This document shows positions 8,094 through 16,319 of a stretch of DNA of 41,798 nucleotides, in pieces. This DNA comes from a virus (taxonomy: Duplodnaviria; Heunggongvirae; Uroviricota; Caudoviricetes). The notes beneath the pieces are model-generated. The model made no database searches, was not told the DNA's origin, and saw only the letters and a program-made list of their open reading frames with translations. Position 1 is the first letter of the stretch, and each line of letters begins with the position of its first letter. Position numbers and translations under genes: made by a program. The stretch covers positions 1 to 41,798 of IMG/VR virus record IMGVR_UViG_2563366805_000010; one strand, written 5' to 3'.

Positions 8094-8349
8094 ATGAACC
8101 ATATCGAATTCATCGAAAAGCATGTGCGTGAAGAACTGCTGAAGCTCGGTTTCTCTCTGGGTGTGGCTCAGGGGGGGGGCGTTCCAGGCTATCGACATGT
8201 ACAAGCGCATGAGCCAGGCAAGCAGAAAGGGGAAGATTTTTGATGATGTTTTACGGCACGCAAAACTGTGGGCGGAGAAGCAGCAGTTACCCGCTGACCG
8301 CTTTGAGAAGCGAAAAGTTAAACGGAACGCCCAGCCGGGCCTGTTCTGA
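8094..8349 (+). pseudogene. Hypothetical gene split by a G9 homopolymer frameshift
   Basis: ATG 8094 opens a 49-aa frame that passes through nine G at 8171-8179 and stops at 8241-8243; the +1 frame continues to 8349; loss of one G gives a continuous ~84-aa ORF. Confidence 0.4.
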
Positions 8350-8427
8350 AAAGGCGAAAGCCGCTGTGCACGAACACAAGCGGCTCTCAGGTGCAACAAA
8401 CGTCAGTAAATTGCGAGGTTAATTCTA

Positions 8428-8592
8428 ATGCCAAAGAGCAAAAAGTACCAGGAAAATGAGGAACGACGCCTTCAGGATTCCCCTGACGGGCTGGTGGTTG
8501 CCGCGTCAAAAAACAGGGCGTTCGCCGAACGTCTTGTTGGCGTGATCCGTCTGGCTCTCGCTACGTCGGGAGTGAAAAATGGGCGTCGTTAA
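8428..8592 (+). CDS. Small hypothetical protein (54 aa)
   Basis: Below track cutoff; ATG with GAGG upstream; 3' end overlaps the O-like gene start. Confidence 0.3.
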   Translation: MPKSKKYQENEERRLQDSPDGLVVAASKNRAFAERLVGVIRLALATSGVKNGRR

Positions 8593-9469
8593 GTTAGCAG
8601 ACTACAGGCCGCCGCTGGAGGTCGTGGAGCATCGCGTGGCGCAGCTGGAAGATGGTTTTACTCGTGTTGCTAATGAGCTTCTCGATGCTGTCATGGCATC
8701 CGGACTAAGCGAAACAGAGCTGTGTGTCGTCCTCGCTGTTTGGCGCAAGACGTACGGCTACAACAAGAAGATGGACTGGGTTAGCAATGACCAGCTTGAG
8801 CAGATGATTGCCAAGCATCACACACACTGTTCGACTGCAAAAAATCAGCTTGTTGCCAAAAAAGTCTTGGTCCAGGAGGGGCGTAGCGTGGGTATGAATA
8901 CCAGCATCATCGAGTGGAAAACAAAGATTAACGGATTCTGCAAAACATTAGCTAAACCTGCTAAGGATTCTTTAGCGGAAGTTGCTAATAAAAACTTAGC
9001 TGAAAGTGCTAAGGAAACATTAGCGGAAGGTGCTAAGGATGATGGTGAAACCTTAGCAGAATCTGCTTTTGAAACTAAGCAGGATCTGCTAACCACAAAA
9101 GACAATATACAAAAGACAATAAACAATACCCCCCTACCCCCAGAGGGGGAGTGTGTCGGGCAGGAAGAAAAACCTGTCACAAAGAAAACTCAGATCGACT
9201 ACCAGGCGGTGCTGTCTGCATACAACACCACCCTGGGAGACCGCCTTCCCCAGGCAGAGGCACTAAACGACAAACGTCGCCGTGCTATCAAACGCCTGCT
9301 GACCGAACTGAAAGAGCCAACCGTCGAGGCGGTGGAGAATTACTTCGCCGCTTTCGCTGAGCGAGCACCAAAGTTTTACTTCGGTGAGAACGACAGAGGC
9401 TGGCGCGCCAGTTTCGATTATCTGTTGCGCTCTGACACCCTGCTGAAAACCAGGGAGAAAGCGCTATGA
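8579..9469 (+). CDS. Replication initiator (lambda O-like replisome organiser)
   Basis: N-terminal EDGFTRVANELLDAVMASGLSETELCVVLAVWRKTYGYNKK typical of the phage replisome-organiser N-domain; iteron-like repeats inside the gene; followed by helicase. Confidence 0.8.
   Translation: MGVVKLADYRPPLEVVEHRVAQLEDGFTRVANELLDAVMASGLSETELCVVLAVWRKTYGYNKKMDWVSNDQLEQMIAKHHTHCSTAKNQLVAKKVLVQEGRSVGMNTSIIEWKTKINGFCKTLAKPAKDSLAEVANKNLAESAKETLAEGAKDDGETLAESAFETKQDLLTTKDNIQKTINNTPLPPEGECVGQEEKPVTKKTQIDYQAVLSAYNTTLGDRLPQAEALNDKRRRAIKRLLTELKEPTVEAVENYFAAFAERAPKFYFGENDRGWRASFDYLLRSDTLLKTREKAL
8946..9067 (+). repeat. Iteron array (putative origin) inside the O-like gene
   Basis: About five tandem ~24-bp units with core TTAGC(G/T)GAA..GCTAAGGA encoding LAExAK repeats; followed by an A-rich stretch and a CCCCC-AGAG-GGGGG hairpin at ~9129-9150. 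Confidence 0.55.
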
Positions 9470-10863
9470 CCGACATGAACATGATCCCGCAGAACATCGA
9501 AGCCGAACAAAGTGTGCTGGGCGGCATGATGCTGGATAGCGGTAGCGATCGCTGCCAGACCGCCATGTCGATGCTCAAACCAGAATCGTTCTACATCCGC
9601 CCCCACCAGGTGATTTTCGCCGAGATGCGGGAGCTGGCAGCCAACCAGAAGCCTATCGACCTGATCACCCTGATTGAGTCGCTGGAATCTAAAGGGCTTG
9701 GCGAGCAGGCTGGTGGCTTCGCTTACATGGCCGAGATATCCAAAAACACTCCCAGCGCGGCGAACATCGTTCACTACGCCATGCTGGTGCGCGAGAAAGC
9801 CATGGAGCGTTACGGCATTGACAAGCTGAACAGCGCCACCGAGCTGCTGTATTCCCGCAACGGGATGACCACCAGCCAGAAGTTTGACGCTATTCAGACC
9901 CTGTTCACTGATATCGCTGACTACGCGAAAACCGGTAACCGCCGGGGGCTCCGCGAGTTTTCGGAAGTGATGGGCGACTGGGTGGACGAGGTGGAAGCGC
10001 GCTGGAGCGACTCAGACGCAACGCGTGGACTGTCGACGGGGATTGGCTCGCTGGATGACCTGCTGCAACCGAAAGGACTGGTTAAAGGCGCTCTGATGGT
10101 GATCGGCGCACGTCCGAAGATGGGTAAAACCACGCTGTATAGCCAGCTGGCCGTCAACTGTGCCGAAGTTGAGCAGCTCCCCGCGCTGATGTTTAGCCTC
10201 GAAATGCCGGATAAGCAGATTGTGGAGCGCATGGTGGGGCAGGTGAGCCGCGTAAATACCGATGTGTTTTATGGCGATCGGTACGACGACACAAAAGTCG
10301 CAATGGCCTTTGCTGCCGCTGGACGGCTGGCCCAGAACGGAAACCTGTACGTCGACGACACGCCCGGGATCACGCTGGCGCATATCGTCGCAGAGTCACG
10401 TCGCATCAAACGCGAACGCGGCGCTGTCGGCATGGTGCTGGTGGACTATCTGACCCTGATGACCGCCGACAAGGCTGACCGTAACGACCTGGCCTACGGG
10501 ATTATCACGAAGGGGCTGAAGAACCTGGCGAAGGAACTGAACTGCATCGTGGTGCTGCTTACCCAGCTGAACCGTGATCTGGAGAAGCGCACTAACAAAC
10601 GCCCGATGCCGAGTGATTCCCGCGACACCGGGCAGATTGAGCAGGATTGTGATTACTGGATCGGCATCTACCGCGAAGGCGCATACGACGAAAACGCAGA
10701 TCAGGCGGCTACCGAATTGCTGTTGCGCCTGAACCGCCACGGCCCGACCGGCGTTGTGTATTGCGACCAGCGCAACGGTGCGATCTACGACTGTGACCAG
10801 GCTGCTGCTGAGCAGAAACGCCGCGCGAATGATGCCAGACCCAACAAAAAGAGGGAATTTTGA
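9466..10863 (+). CDS. dnaB: DnaB-family replicative helicase
   Basis: 465 aa; Walker A GARPKMGKTT, Walker B region VLVDYLTLM; N-terminal DnaB-like domain. Confidence 0.9.
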   Translation: MTDMNMIPQNIEAEQSVLGGMMLDSGSDRCQTAMSMLKPESFYIRPHQVIFAEMRELAANQKPIDLITLIESLESKGLGEQAGGFAYMAEISKNTPSAANIVHYAMLVREKAMERYGIDKLNSATELLYSRNGMTTSQKFDAIQTLFTDIADYAKTGNRRGLREFSEVMGDWVDEVEARWSDSDATRGLSTGIGSLDDLLQPKGLVKGALMVIGARPKMGKTTLYSQLAVNCAEVEQLPALMFSLEMPDKQIVERMVGQVSRVNTDVFYGDRYDDTKVAMAFAAAGRLAQNGNLYVDDTPGITLAHIVAESRRIKRERGAVGMVLVDYLTLMTADKADRNDLAYGIITKGLKNLAKELNCIVVLLTQLNRDLEKRTNKRPMPSDSRDTGQIEQDCDYWIGIYREGAYDENADQAATELLLRLNRHGPTGVVYCDQRNGAIYDCDQAAAEQKRRANDARPNKKREF

Positions 10864-11153
10864 TGAAAATTTACATTGCTGGGCCAATGACCGGCATCCC
10901 GAAATTTAACCGCCCTGCGTTCCATTTTGAGGCTATGCGCCTGTCGTCGGAAGGCCATGTGGTGTTAAACCCTGCGACGCTTCCCGATGGCCTGAGCCAG
11001 CCAGAGTACATGGATATTTGTCTCGCTATGCTCCGCTGCGCTGACGGCATTTTCCTGCTGTCCGGCTGGCAGAAATCAGCAGGCGCAAAAGCGGAACACG
11101 CTCTGGCTCAAAAGCTGGATCTGGAAATCATTCATCAGGAGAACGCGGCATGA
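10863..11153 (+). CDS. Hypothetical protein, DUF4406-like
   Basis: MKIYIAGPMTG N-terminus; ATGA overlap with dnaB stop; family assignment from memory, not searched. Confidence 0.55.
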   Translation: MKIYIAGPMTGIPKFNRPAFHFEAMRLSSEGHVVLNPATLPDGLSQPEYMDICLAMLRCADGIFLLSGWQKSAGAKAEHALAQKLDLEIIHQENAA

Positions 11154-11665
11154 CCAACAAAACCAAAGAACTCGTAGCTGCCGGGCATGCGTTGGCTTCG
11201 GAACTGAAAGCAGAATGTGGTGCCGTTGATATGCGCAGTGTGGCAAAGCTGATCAGCGATTTGGCAACGCAACTGGAAGTGCAATTGGTGCGTGCTAATG
11301 CGCTGGCAGCGGAGAATGCGGGGCTGAAGGCTGGAATACTGCATGCCTCAGAAGATATGGAAGCACACCATGATGACTATGCCCTATTCAGCTATGACGC
11401 TGACGGCGAGCAAATGGACGCGCTATTACGGCTTTGTGATGCTCAGGATTCAATAGCATCGTTGGAGAATGCCAAAACACCAGCCACCGATGTTTTCCTG
11501 GCTGAAGTACGGGCGCAGGGCGTGGAGATGTTTGAACAGTGGTGTAGAGGTGAGCGCGATTTTACTCTCATTGATGAGGATGTTGCTGATGCAGCGGCTT
11601 ATGAAGAATGCGTAAAAAGAGCGGAATATTTCGCCGCCCAGCTTCGCAAAGGAGGCAACCAGTGA
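11150..11665 (+). CDS. Hypothetical protein (171 aa)
   Basis: ATGA-coupled to upstream gene; acidic, Ala-rich; no motif recognised. Confidence 0.55.
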   Translation: MTNKTKELVAAGHALASELKAECGAVDMRSVAKLISDLATQLEVQLVRANALAAENAGLKAGILHASEDMEAHHDDYALFSYDADGEQMDALLRLCDAQDSIASLENAKTPATDVFLAEVRAQGVEMFEQWCRGERDFTLIDEDVADAAAYEECVKRAEYFAAQLRKGGNQ

Positions 11666-12291
11666 GCAAGATTGACTATCAGGCACTGCGTGAGGCGGCA
11701 GAGCGTGCAATTCCGGCAATGGAACGCCTGTTAATGTTGCCAGTTGATGATGCTCTGATAAGCGAACAGGAACTTAAAGATAGCGGTGTTGATATTGATG
11801 CCCTCAACGCCTTCAAATTTCTGGCCGGACCAGAAACCGTGCTGGCACTACTGGATGAACGGGAAAGAAACCAGCAATACATCAAATCACGCGACCAGGA
11901 GAACGAGGATATTGCTCTTACGGTAGGGAAGCTGCGTGTTGAGCTTGAAGCAGCAAAATCAAAACTCAACGAGCAGCGTGAATATTACGAGGGAGTAATC
12001 GCGGATGGAAGTAAGCGCATTGCAGAACTGGAAGCACGGGAAATAAAACCAGCCAAAGGTGAAGTTCTTGTCGTTGTTTCTGGTTTTACTGGTTGCGGAA
12101 AAAGCGCCATTGCCGGGGAAATAGAAATCGCGATGAAGGCTATTGGTGTACCGGTTCAGTGGACTAATGGCGATGCGGAAAAGCGCATGACAGGAGCTGA
12201 CTGGCTGACAGCGATTGAGATGTACAAACCAACAGTGCGCATCGTGGAAGTTAATGTGCCACGCGCCGCTGGCATCGGTAAGGGGGAGTGA
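11662..12291 (+). CDS. Hypothetical coiled-coil protein with C-terminal P-loop-like motif
   Basis: GTG start overlapping upstream stop (GTGA) with GGAGG SD; coiled-coil centre; GFTGCGKS matches a Walker A pattern but the domain is short. Confidence 0.5.
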   Translation: MSKIDYQALREAAERAIPAMERLLMLPVDDALISEQELKDSGVDIDALNAFKFLAGPETVLALLDERERNQQYIKSRDQENEDIALTVGKLRVELEAAKSKLNEQREYYEGVIADGSKRIAELEAREIKPAKGEVLVVVSGFTGCGKSAIAGEIEIAMKAIGVPVQWTNGDAEKRMTGADWLTAIEMYKPTVRIVEVNVPRAAGIGKGE

Positions 12292-12722
12292 TGCTTCAAC
12301 ATCAAATGCAGCCAACATTTAACACCTGCATGGCTACCTGCGTTGCAATGGTTGCCGGTCAACCTGTCGATGAGGTAGTGGAACGCTGGCATCAGAAATT
12401 CCACGACAAAACAGACTGGCTCGACGACGCGCTGGATTATTACAAAATCCCGTATTTTTACGGAAGCCAGCGCAAGGCCGAATTGCTTTACGGGTTTATT
12501 TACTTCCTGACCGTTCCGTCACTGAACATCAAAGGCGGCCTGCATCAGATTCTGATGTCGTTAACGGCAGAACGCGGCATAGAAGTATTTGACCCGGCAA
12601 TGGGTCGGCCAGGATCAAAATATTACGTTTGTGGTGAAGCGCAGAACGATGATCAATTCGGCGTTATCTCCTGGTGCGTCGATTTATCGGTTCCGGTAGT
12701 GCAACAGAAAGGTGAGGACTAA
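12291..12722 (+). CDS. Hypothetical protein, possible papain/C39-like cysteine peptidase
   Basis: Q-x4-NTCMATCVAMVAG resembles the Gln...Cys active-site segment of C39-type peptidases; downstream His (GLHQIL); weak. Confidence 0.45.
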   Translation: MLQHQMQPTFNTCMATCVAMVAGQPVDEVVERWHQKFHDKTDWLDDALDYYKIPYFYGSQRKAELLYGFIYFLTVPSLNIKGGLHQILMSLTAERGIEVFDPAMGRPGSKYYVCGEAQNDDQFGVISWCVDLSVPVVQQKGED

Positions 12723-12725
12723 CCC

Positions 12726-13595
12726 ATGAGCACTATTACCAAAGAACGTATTGAATTGTTCATTAAAAATCCGCTTGAAAACGGGCTTACCCGTGGTGAA
12801 CAAATGGAACTGGCACGGATTGCGCTGGCATCGCTCGAAGCGGAGGCTGTGGCGTATATGCATCACAGCGGGCAGGTTGTGACGCGGGAAGAGTGCTGTG
12901 ACGACAAGATATTCGCCATTTGCTGTAAAGTCGAAACTCCCCTCTACGCAGCACCACAGTTACCGCAGCCAGTGGTGGCAATAACTCAGCATTTCGACAC
13001 AATCGCACTTGATACGGCAAAGATGGTTATGTGCGATGTGAATCGCCGCGATGAGTTTTTTGGCGGTGATATCCAGTTGCTATCCCGCATTCAATGCCGC
13101 ATTGACGAAGCCTGCCGCGCAGCCATGCTTCAGGGTAGCCAACCTGTAAGTAAGCGCGAACAGGTTCGCCGTGAACACGCTGAATGGTCAGATAAGACTT
13201 TCGGCGATGTTGGTCCCGTTGGCCCGCTTAAACACCTGTCGAAAGAGGCGCTGGAAGCTGCCGCAGAACCTGACGACCTCAGCGAGTGGGCTGACATGCA
13301 GTTCCTGTTATGGGACGCCCAGCGGCGCGCCGGTATCAGTGACGGTGAAATCACAGCTGCGATGGAAGAAAAGCTGAAAGTGAACATGGCGCGCCAGTGG
13401 CCGGAGCCGAAGGACGGAGAGCCGCGCCAGCATCTTAAGCCAGCGCCGCAGACAGTGCCTGATTCTGTGATCAGCGCAGCAGTAAATGGAATTATGGCAA
13501 CTTATGCCGACAATGCGGAAGATTGCCGGGAAATGGTACGCACACATGTTGAACAAGCCTGTCGTGCCGCTATTCAGGAGTCCGGTCATGGCTAA
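12726..13595 (+). CDS. MazG-like NTP pyrophosphohydrolase domain protein (DUF550-like)
   Basis: C-terminal FGDVGPVGPLKHLSKEALEAAAEPDDLSEWADMQFLLWDAQRRAGISD has the MazG EExxE...D pattern; N-terminal ~130 aa unassigned. Confidence 0.6.
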   Translation: MSTITKERIELFIKNPLENGLTRGEQMELARIALASLEAEAVAYMHHSGQVVTREECCDDKIFAICCKVETPLYAAPQLPQPVVAITQHFDTIALDTAKMVMCDVNRRDEFFGGDIQLLSRIQCRIDEACRAAMLQGSQPVSKREQVRREHAEWSDKTFGDVGPVGPLKHLSKEALEAAAEPDDLSEWADMQFLLWDAQRRAGISDGEITAAMEEKLKVNMARQWPEPKDGEPRQHLKPAPQTVPDSVISAAVNGIMATYADNAEDCREMVRTHVEQACRAAIQESGHG

Positions 13596-13926
13596 ATCTG
13601 CCGCTGAACGCAAAGCCGCCCAGCGAGCCCGGCAAGCTGCTGCTGGTGGTCGTAAATTTGAGCTCATGCTTGATACGCAGGAACTGGAGATGCTGGAGCG
13701 CAATTGTGCATCACGCCGCCCGGGGCGAGCGCCGTATGAAATGAGCGAATACGTCGCGATGCTGATCCGCCAGGACGATGCCCGCGTTCGTGGTCGCATT
13801 AAGTCAATCAGCGCGAACCGCTGCGGTAAATGCGGAGATGCGCTGCCGGTTAAGTCGTGTCCGTGCGACGGTGATTCGAAATGCTGGGTTACGCGTGGCT
13901 GGCATGAAACTAAATTAGCATTGTGA
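13588..13926 (+). CDS. Hypothetical zinc-ribbon protein (112 aa)
   Basis: Start overlaps upstream stop; CGKCG...CPCDG; basic N-terminus. Confidence 0.5.
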   Translation: MAKSAAERKAAQRARQAAAGGRKFELMLDTQELEMLERNCASRRPGRAPYEMSEYVAMLIRQDDARVRGRIKSISANRCGKCGDALPVKSCPCDGDSKCWVTRGWHETKLAL

Positions 13927-13955
13927 CATGTCACAATGTAATCAATAACATACAA

Positions 13956-13976
13956 GCCTCTTCGGAGGCTTTTTTT
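13956..13976 (+). terminator. Rho-independent terminator
   Basis: GCCTC-TTCG-GAGGC hairpin followed by seven T. Confidence 0.6.
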
Positions 13977-14071
13977 GTCGGCGTTAAATTGCTTTTGCCA
14001 CAATGCCCATCCATAATATCCCTGTCAGCCTGAACAACTGACACCCGGACATTCGCGCCACGGAGAACACC

Positions 14072-14170
14072 ATGGCGCAGCACCACCAGCTTAAACACAT
14101 TCGCCTGACGTTATCCGACGTCAGCGATTTGTCGTATCTGTCGCTTAACCTCTTCGGGGGTGACGCGTGA
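14072..14170 (+). CDS. Small leader ORF (32 aa) upstream of ninB
   Basis: GGAG SD; stop overlaps the ninB GTG start (GTGA); may be regulatory. Confidence 0.2.
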   Translation: MAQHHQLKHIRLTLSDVSDLSYLSLNLFGGDA

Positions 14171-14619
14171 GCCAACAATTCCACCTCGTTAACGAAAGCG
14201 TTAAGCAGAACGCTATCAACTACATTCGTCAGTTGCCAGTCGACAGTAAGCGCCCGCTGATACTCGACGTCAAAGAGTCGACGCGCACCGCTATTCAAAA
14301 TCGCAAGATGTGGCCGCTACTGAAAGATCTTTCCGACCAGGTTCTCTGGTTCGGCAATAAATACGATTCCGACGACTGGAAAGACCTCATCACCGCGCTG
14401 GTGGCGAAGACCAAAAAGCAGGAACAGCGAATGGCCCCCGGGCTTGATGGCGGCGTCGTGATGTTCGGCCAGCGCACCAGCAAAATGACCATTCCCCAGA
14501 TGGTAGAGGTCATCGAGGCGATTTACTGGTTCGGCACCCAGCAGGGCGTCACATTCAGCGAACAATCCCGCAATGAAATCGAGTGGGCAAAGCGCTGGGG
14601 GAACAGCAATGCGAAATAA
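14167..14619 (+). CDS. ninB: NinB (Orf) recombination mediator
   Basis: Matches lambda NinB pattern: QNRKMWPLL, GQRTSKM, EWAKRWG. Confidence 0.8.
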   Translation: MSQQFHLVNESVKQNAINYIRQLPVDSKRPLILDVKESTRTAIQNRKMWPLLKDLSDQVLWFGNKYDSDDWKDLITALVAKTKKQEQRMAPGLDGGVVMFGQRTSKMTIPQMVEVIEAIYWFGTQQGVTFSEQSRNEIEWAKRWGNSNAK

Positions 14620-14908
14620 CCCCAGTCAGAAAACCTACCGCAGCAAAAAATGGCTCGCCGCTGTCGGGCAGATCGAGCAGTGCGTGTTATGCGGTTCGTG
14701 GGGGACACAGGTAGCGCATCGCAATGAAGGCAAAGGCATGGGCCTGAAAGCCGATGATTGCGCCACGGCGGCGATCTGCGTTTGCTGCCACGACAGCATC
14801 GACAACGGCAGCAAGCTATCGCGAGACGAACGCCGCCAGCTGATGGACCGCGCTATCGTTCTGACCGTTATCCAGATAGCCCGCCTTGGGCTGGTGGTGC
14901 CAGCATGA
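14609..14908 (+). CDS. Cys-rich nin-region protein (DUF1364-like, zinc-binding)
   Basis: CVLCGSWG...CVCCHD; start overlaps the ninB stop. Confidence 0.5.
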   Translation: MRNNPSQKTYRSKKWLAAVGQIEQCVLCGSWGTQVAHRNEGKGMGLKADDCATAAICVCCHDSIDNGSKLSRDERRQLMDRAIVLTVIQIARLGLVVPA

Positions 14909-15264
14909 AAATTTACGACATCACGCCGATCGGCAAGCCCCGTATGACCCGCGCCGACAAATGGAAAACACGGCCTGCGGTCATGCGTTACCGCGCATTC
15001 TGCGATGAAGCACGTCTGCGCAAAATCAATCTCCCTGAGTCCGGCGCGCATATCACCTTCGTTATGCCAATGCCTCCGAGCTGGAGCAAAAAGAAGCGTG
15101 AACAGCTCAACGGCAAGCCGCACCAGTCAAAACCAGACTGCGACAACATGCTTAAAGCACTGATGGATGCCCTGTTTGATGATGATTCCAGTGTCTGGGA
15201 TTGTCGCATTACAAAGCTATGGGGCGAGAAAGGCCAGATCATCATTCGGGAGAACGGACAATGA
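14905..15264 (+). CDS. rusA: RusA-family Holliday junction resolvase
   Basis: 119 aa; KPDCDNMLKALMDALFDD catalytic acidic cluster; ATGA coupling; nin-region position. Confidence 0.8.
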   Translation: MKIYDITPIGKPRMTRADKWKTRPAVMRYRAFCDEARLRKINLPESGAHITFVMPMPPSWSKKKREQLNGKPHQSKPDCDNMLKALMDALFDDDSSVWDCRITKLWGEKGQIIIRENGQ

Positions 15265-15944
15265 CACGCACCGATATTAACAATTACCAGAAAGCGTCTG
15301 TTGAGCGTACCAACCCGCAAAACGCCTGGGTGACGCTGGCAGCAGCACCACGCAGATCTTACCTGGGGAAATACCGCCGACTGACACCATCGCAAAGCCG
15401 TTGGGTTCGTTCGTTGCTGAACAACTGGGGCGGCATGTATGGAGGCAGCGGAATAGAACACCTTTCAGGTGGCGGTGGTATGTGGTCAATGATATTGACC
15501 GGCTGGACTGGCGAACAGCAGGAGCGGATCGCTACCGTACTGTCTGGTCTGCGTAAAATTGGCTATACCGGAGATGCGTTGTTTGAGCAGGCTAAAGCCA
15601 TCATCTGGCCGAAGAAATCACTTTCTGACCTGATCGGCAACGCCGGGGATCAAGAGGAAGCTGCATTCATGGAGGCTATCATCCTGAAGTCCTTCAAGCC
15701 GGGGAATCCCGTGTATGAGATAGGGAAGGACTATTACACCTGGAGGAAAACCATTAATGACATGGCACGGTGGATGCAATATTACTACGCGCCGTTTCTG
15801 ACCGAAAAGCAATGTATTGACCGCGTGCGCTGGTGTATTGAGTTGTTTAATTCTGCTGTCTTCTTCACGTTAAAAGATGAATTTGGCTTCGAAAATGCAA
15901 AAACTTGCGAAAAAGACTTGAAAACGAGTTTTGAAACTGCATAA
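15261..15944 (+). CDS. Putative late antiterminator (Q-like)
   Basis: 227 aa immediately upstream of the predicted late promoter and terminator and the lysis cassette; no similarity to lambda Q, call rests mainly on position. Confidence 0.5.
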   Translation: MTRTDINNYQKASVERTNPQNAWVTLAAAPRRSYLGKYRRLTPSQSRWVRSLLNNWGGMYGGSGIEHLSGGGGMWSMILTGWTGEQQERIATVLSGLRKIGYTGDALFEQAKAIIWPKKSLSDLIGNAGDQEEAAFMEAIILKSFKPGNPVYEIGKDYYTWRKTINDMARWMQYYYAPFLTEKQCIDRVRWCIELFNSAVFFTLKDEFGFENAKTCEKDLKTSFETA

Positions 15945-15946
15945 TT
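15918..15946 (+). promoter_or_regulatory. Candidate late promoter PR'
   Basis: TTGAAA-17 nt-ATAATT overlapping the 3' end of the Q-like gene, about 80 nt upstream of a strong terminator. Confidence 0.35.
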
Positions 15947-16028
15947 CAGATATGCTCGGACGTCAAAGGCGAAAGAGCTTACCCACCAGCGGAGATGCCT
16001 TGCGCGGAGCGGTGTGAACCACATTTAA

Positions 16029-16055
16029 GCCCTTGCAGAAATGCAGGGGCTTTTT
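16029..16055 (+). terminator. Rho-independent terminator (tR'-like)
   Basis: GCCCTTGCA-GAAA-TGCAGGGGC hairpin with GNRA loop followed by TTTTT. Confidence 0.6.
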
Positions 16056-16062
16056 GCATTCA

Positions 16063-16137
16063 GGGTCAGAAGCACAGAGGTTGTGAGATCGGCTGTTAAC
16101 CGATTGGTCGAAGGTTCGAATCCTTCCTGTCCCGCCA
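16063..16137 (+). tRNA. tRNA-Asn (anticodon GTT)-like gene
   Basis: Hand-folded cloverleaf: acceptor GGGTCAG/CTGTCCC (one T-T mismatch), D-stem 3 of 4 pairs with GG in loop, anticodon stem ATCGG/CCGAT with loop CTGTTAA, 5-nt variable loop, T-arm GAAGG-TTCGAAT-CCTTC, discriminator G and encoded CCA. Confidence 0.5.
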
Positions 16138-16187
16138 AATACCTACCAGGACCATAAGAGCAAAAGCTCAACGCACTACCCTCTATT

Positions 16188-16211
16188 GCCCACCGCGCCG
16201 TGGGCTTTTTT
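16188..16211 (+). terminator. Rho-independent terminator
   Basis: GCCCAC-CGCGCC-GTGGGC hairpin followed by six T. Confidence 0.6.
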
Positions 16212-16319
16212 ATTGCAGGCCGCAGATATCATTTTCAGATGCCATGTAGCAATCAGAGTCTGACGGCCTTTCCCCTACAAACACACACAGCACCATCCGG
16301 AAAATCGGAGGTGAGGCCT

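Noticed and set aside
8161-8349. 62-aa ORF from a GTG start as an independent gene
   Set aside because: The GTG lies inside the upstream frame without an SD; more simply read as the downstream half of a gene split at the G9 tract.
8946-9067. Possible CRISPR array from the tandem repeats
   Set aside because: Repeats are in frame inside a protein-coding gene, units are degenerate with no unique spacers, and no cas genes are present; an iteron array fits better.
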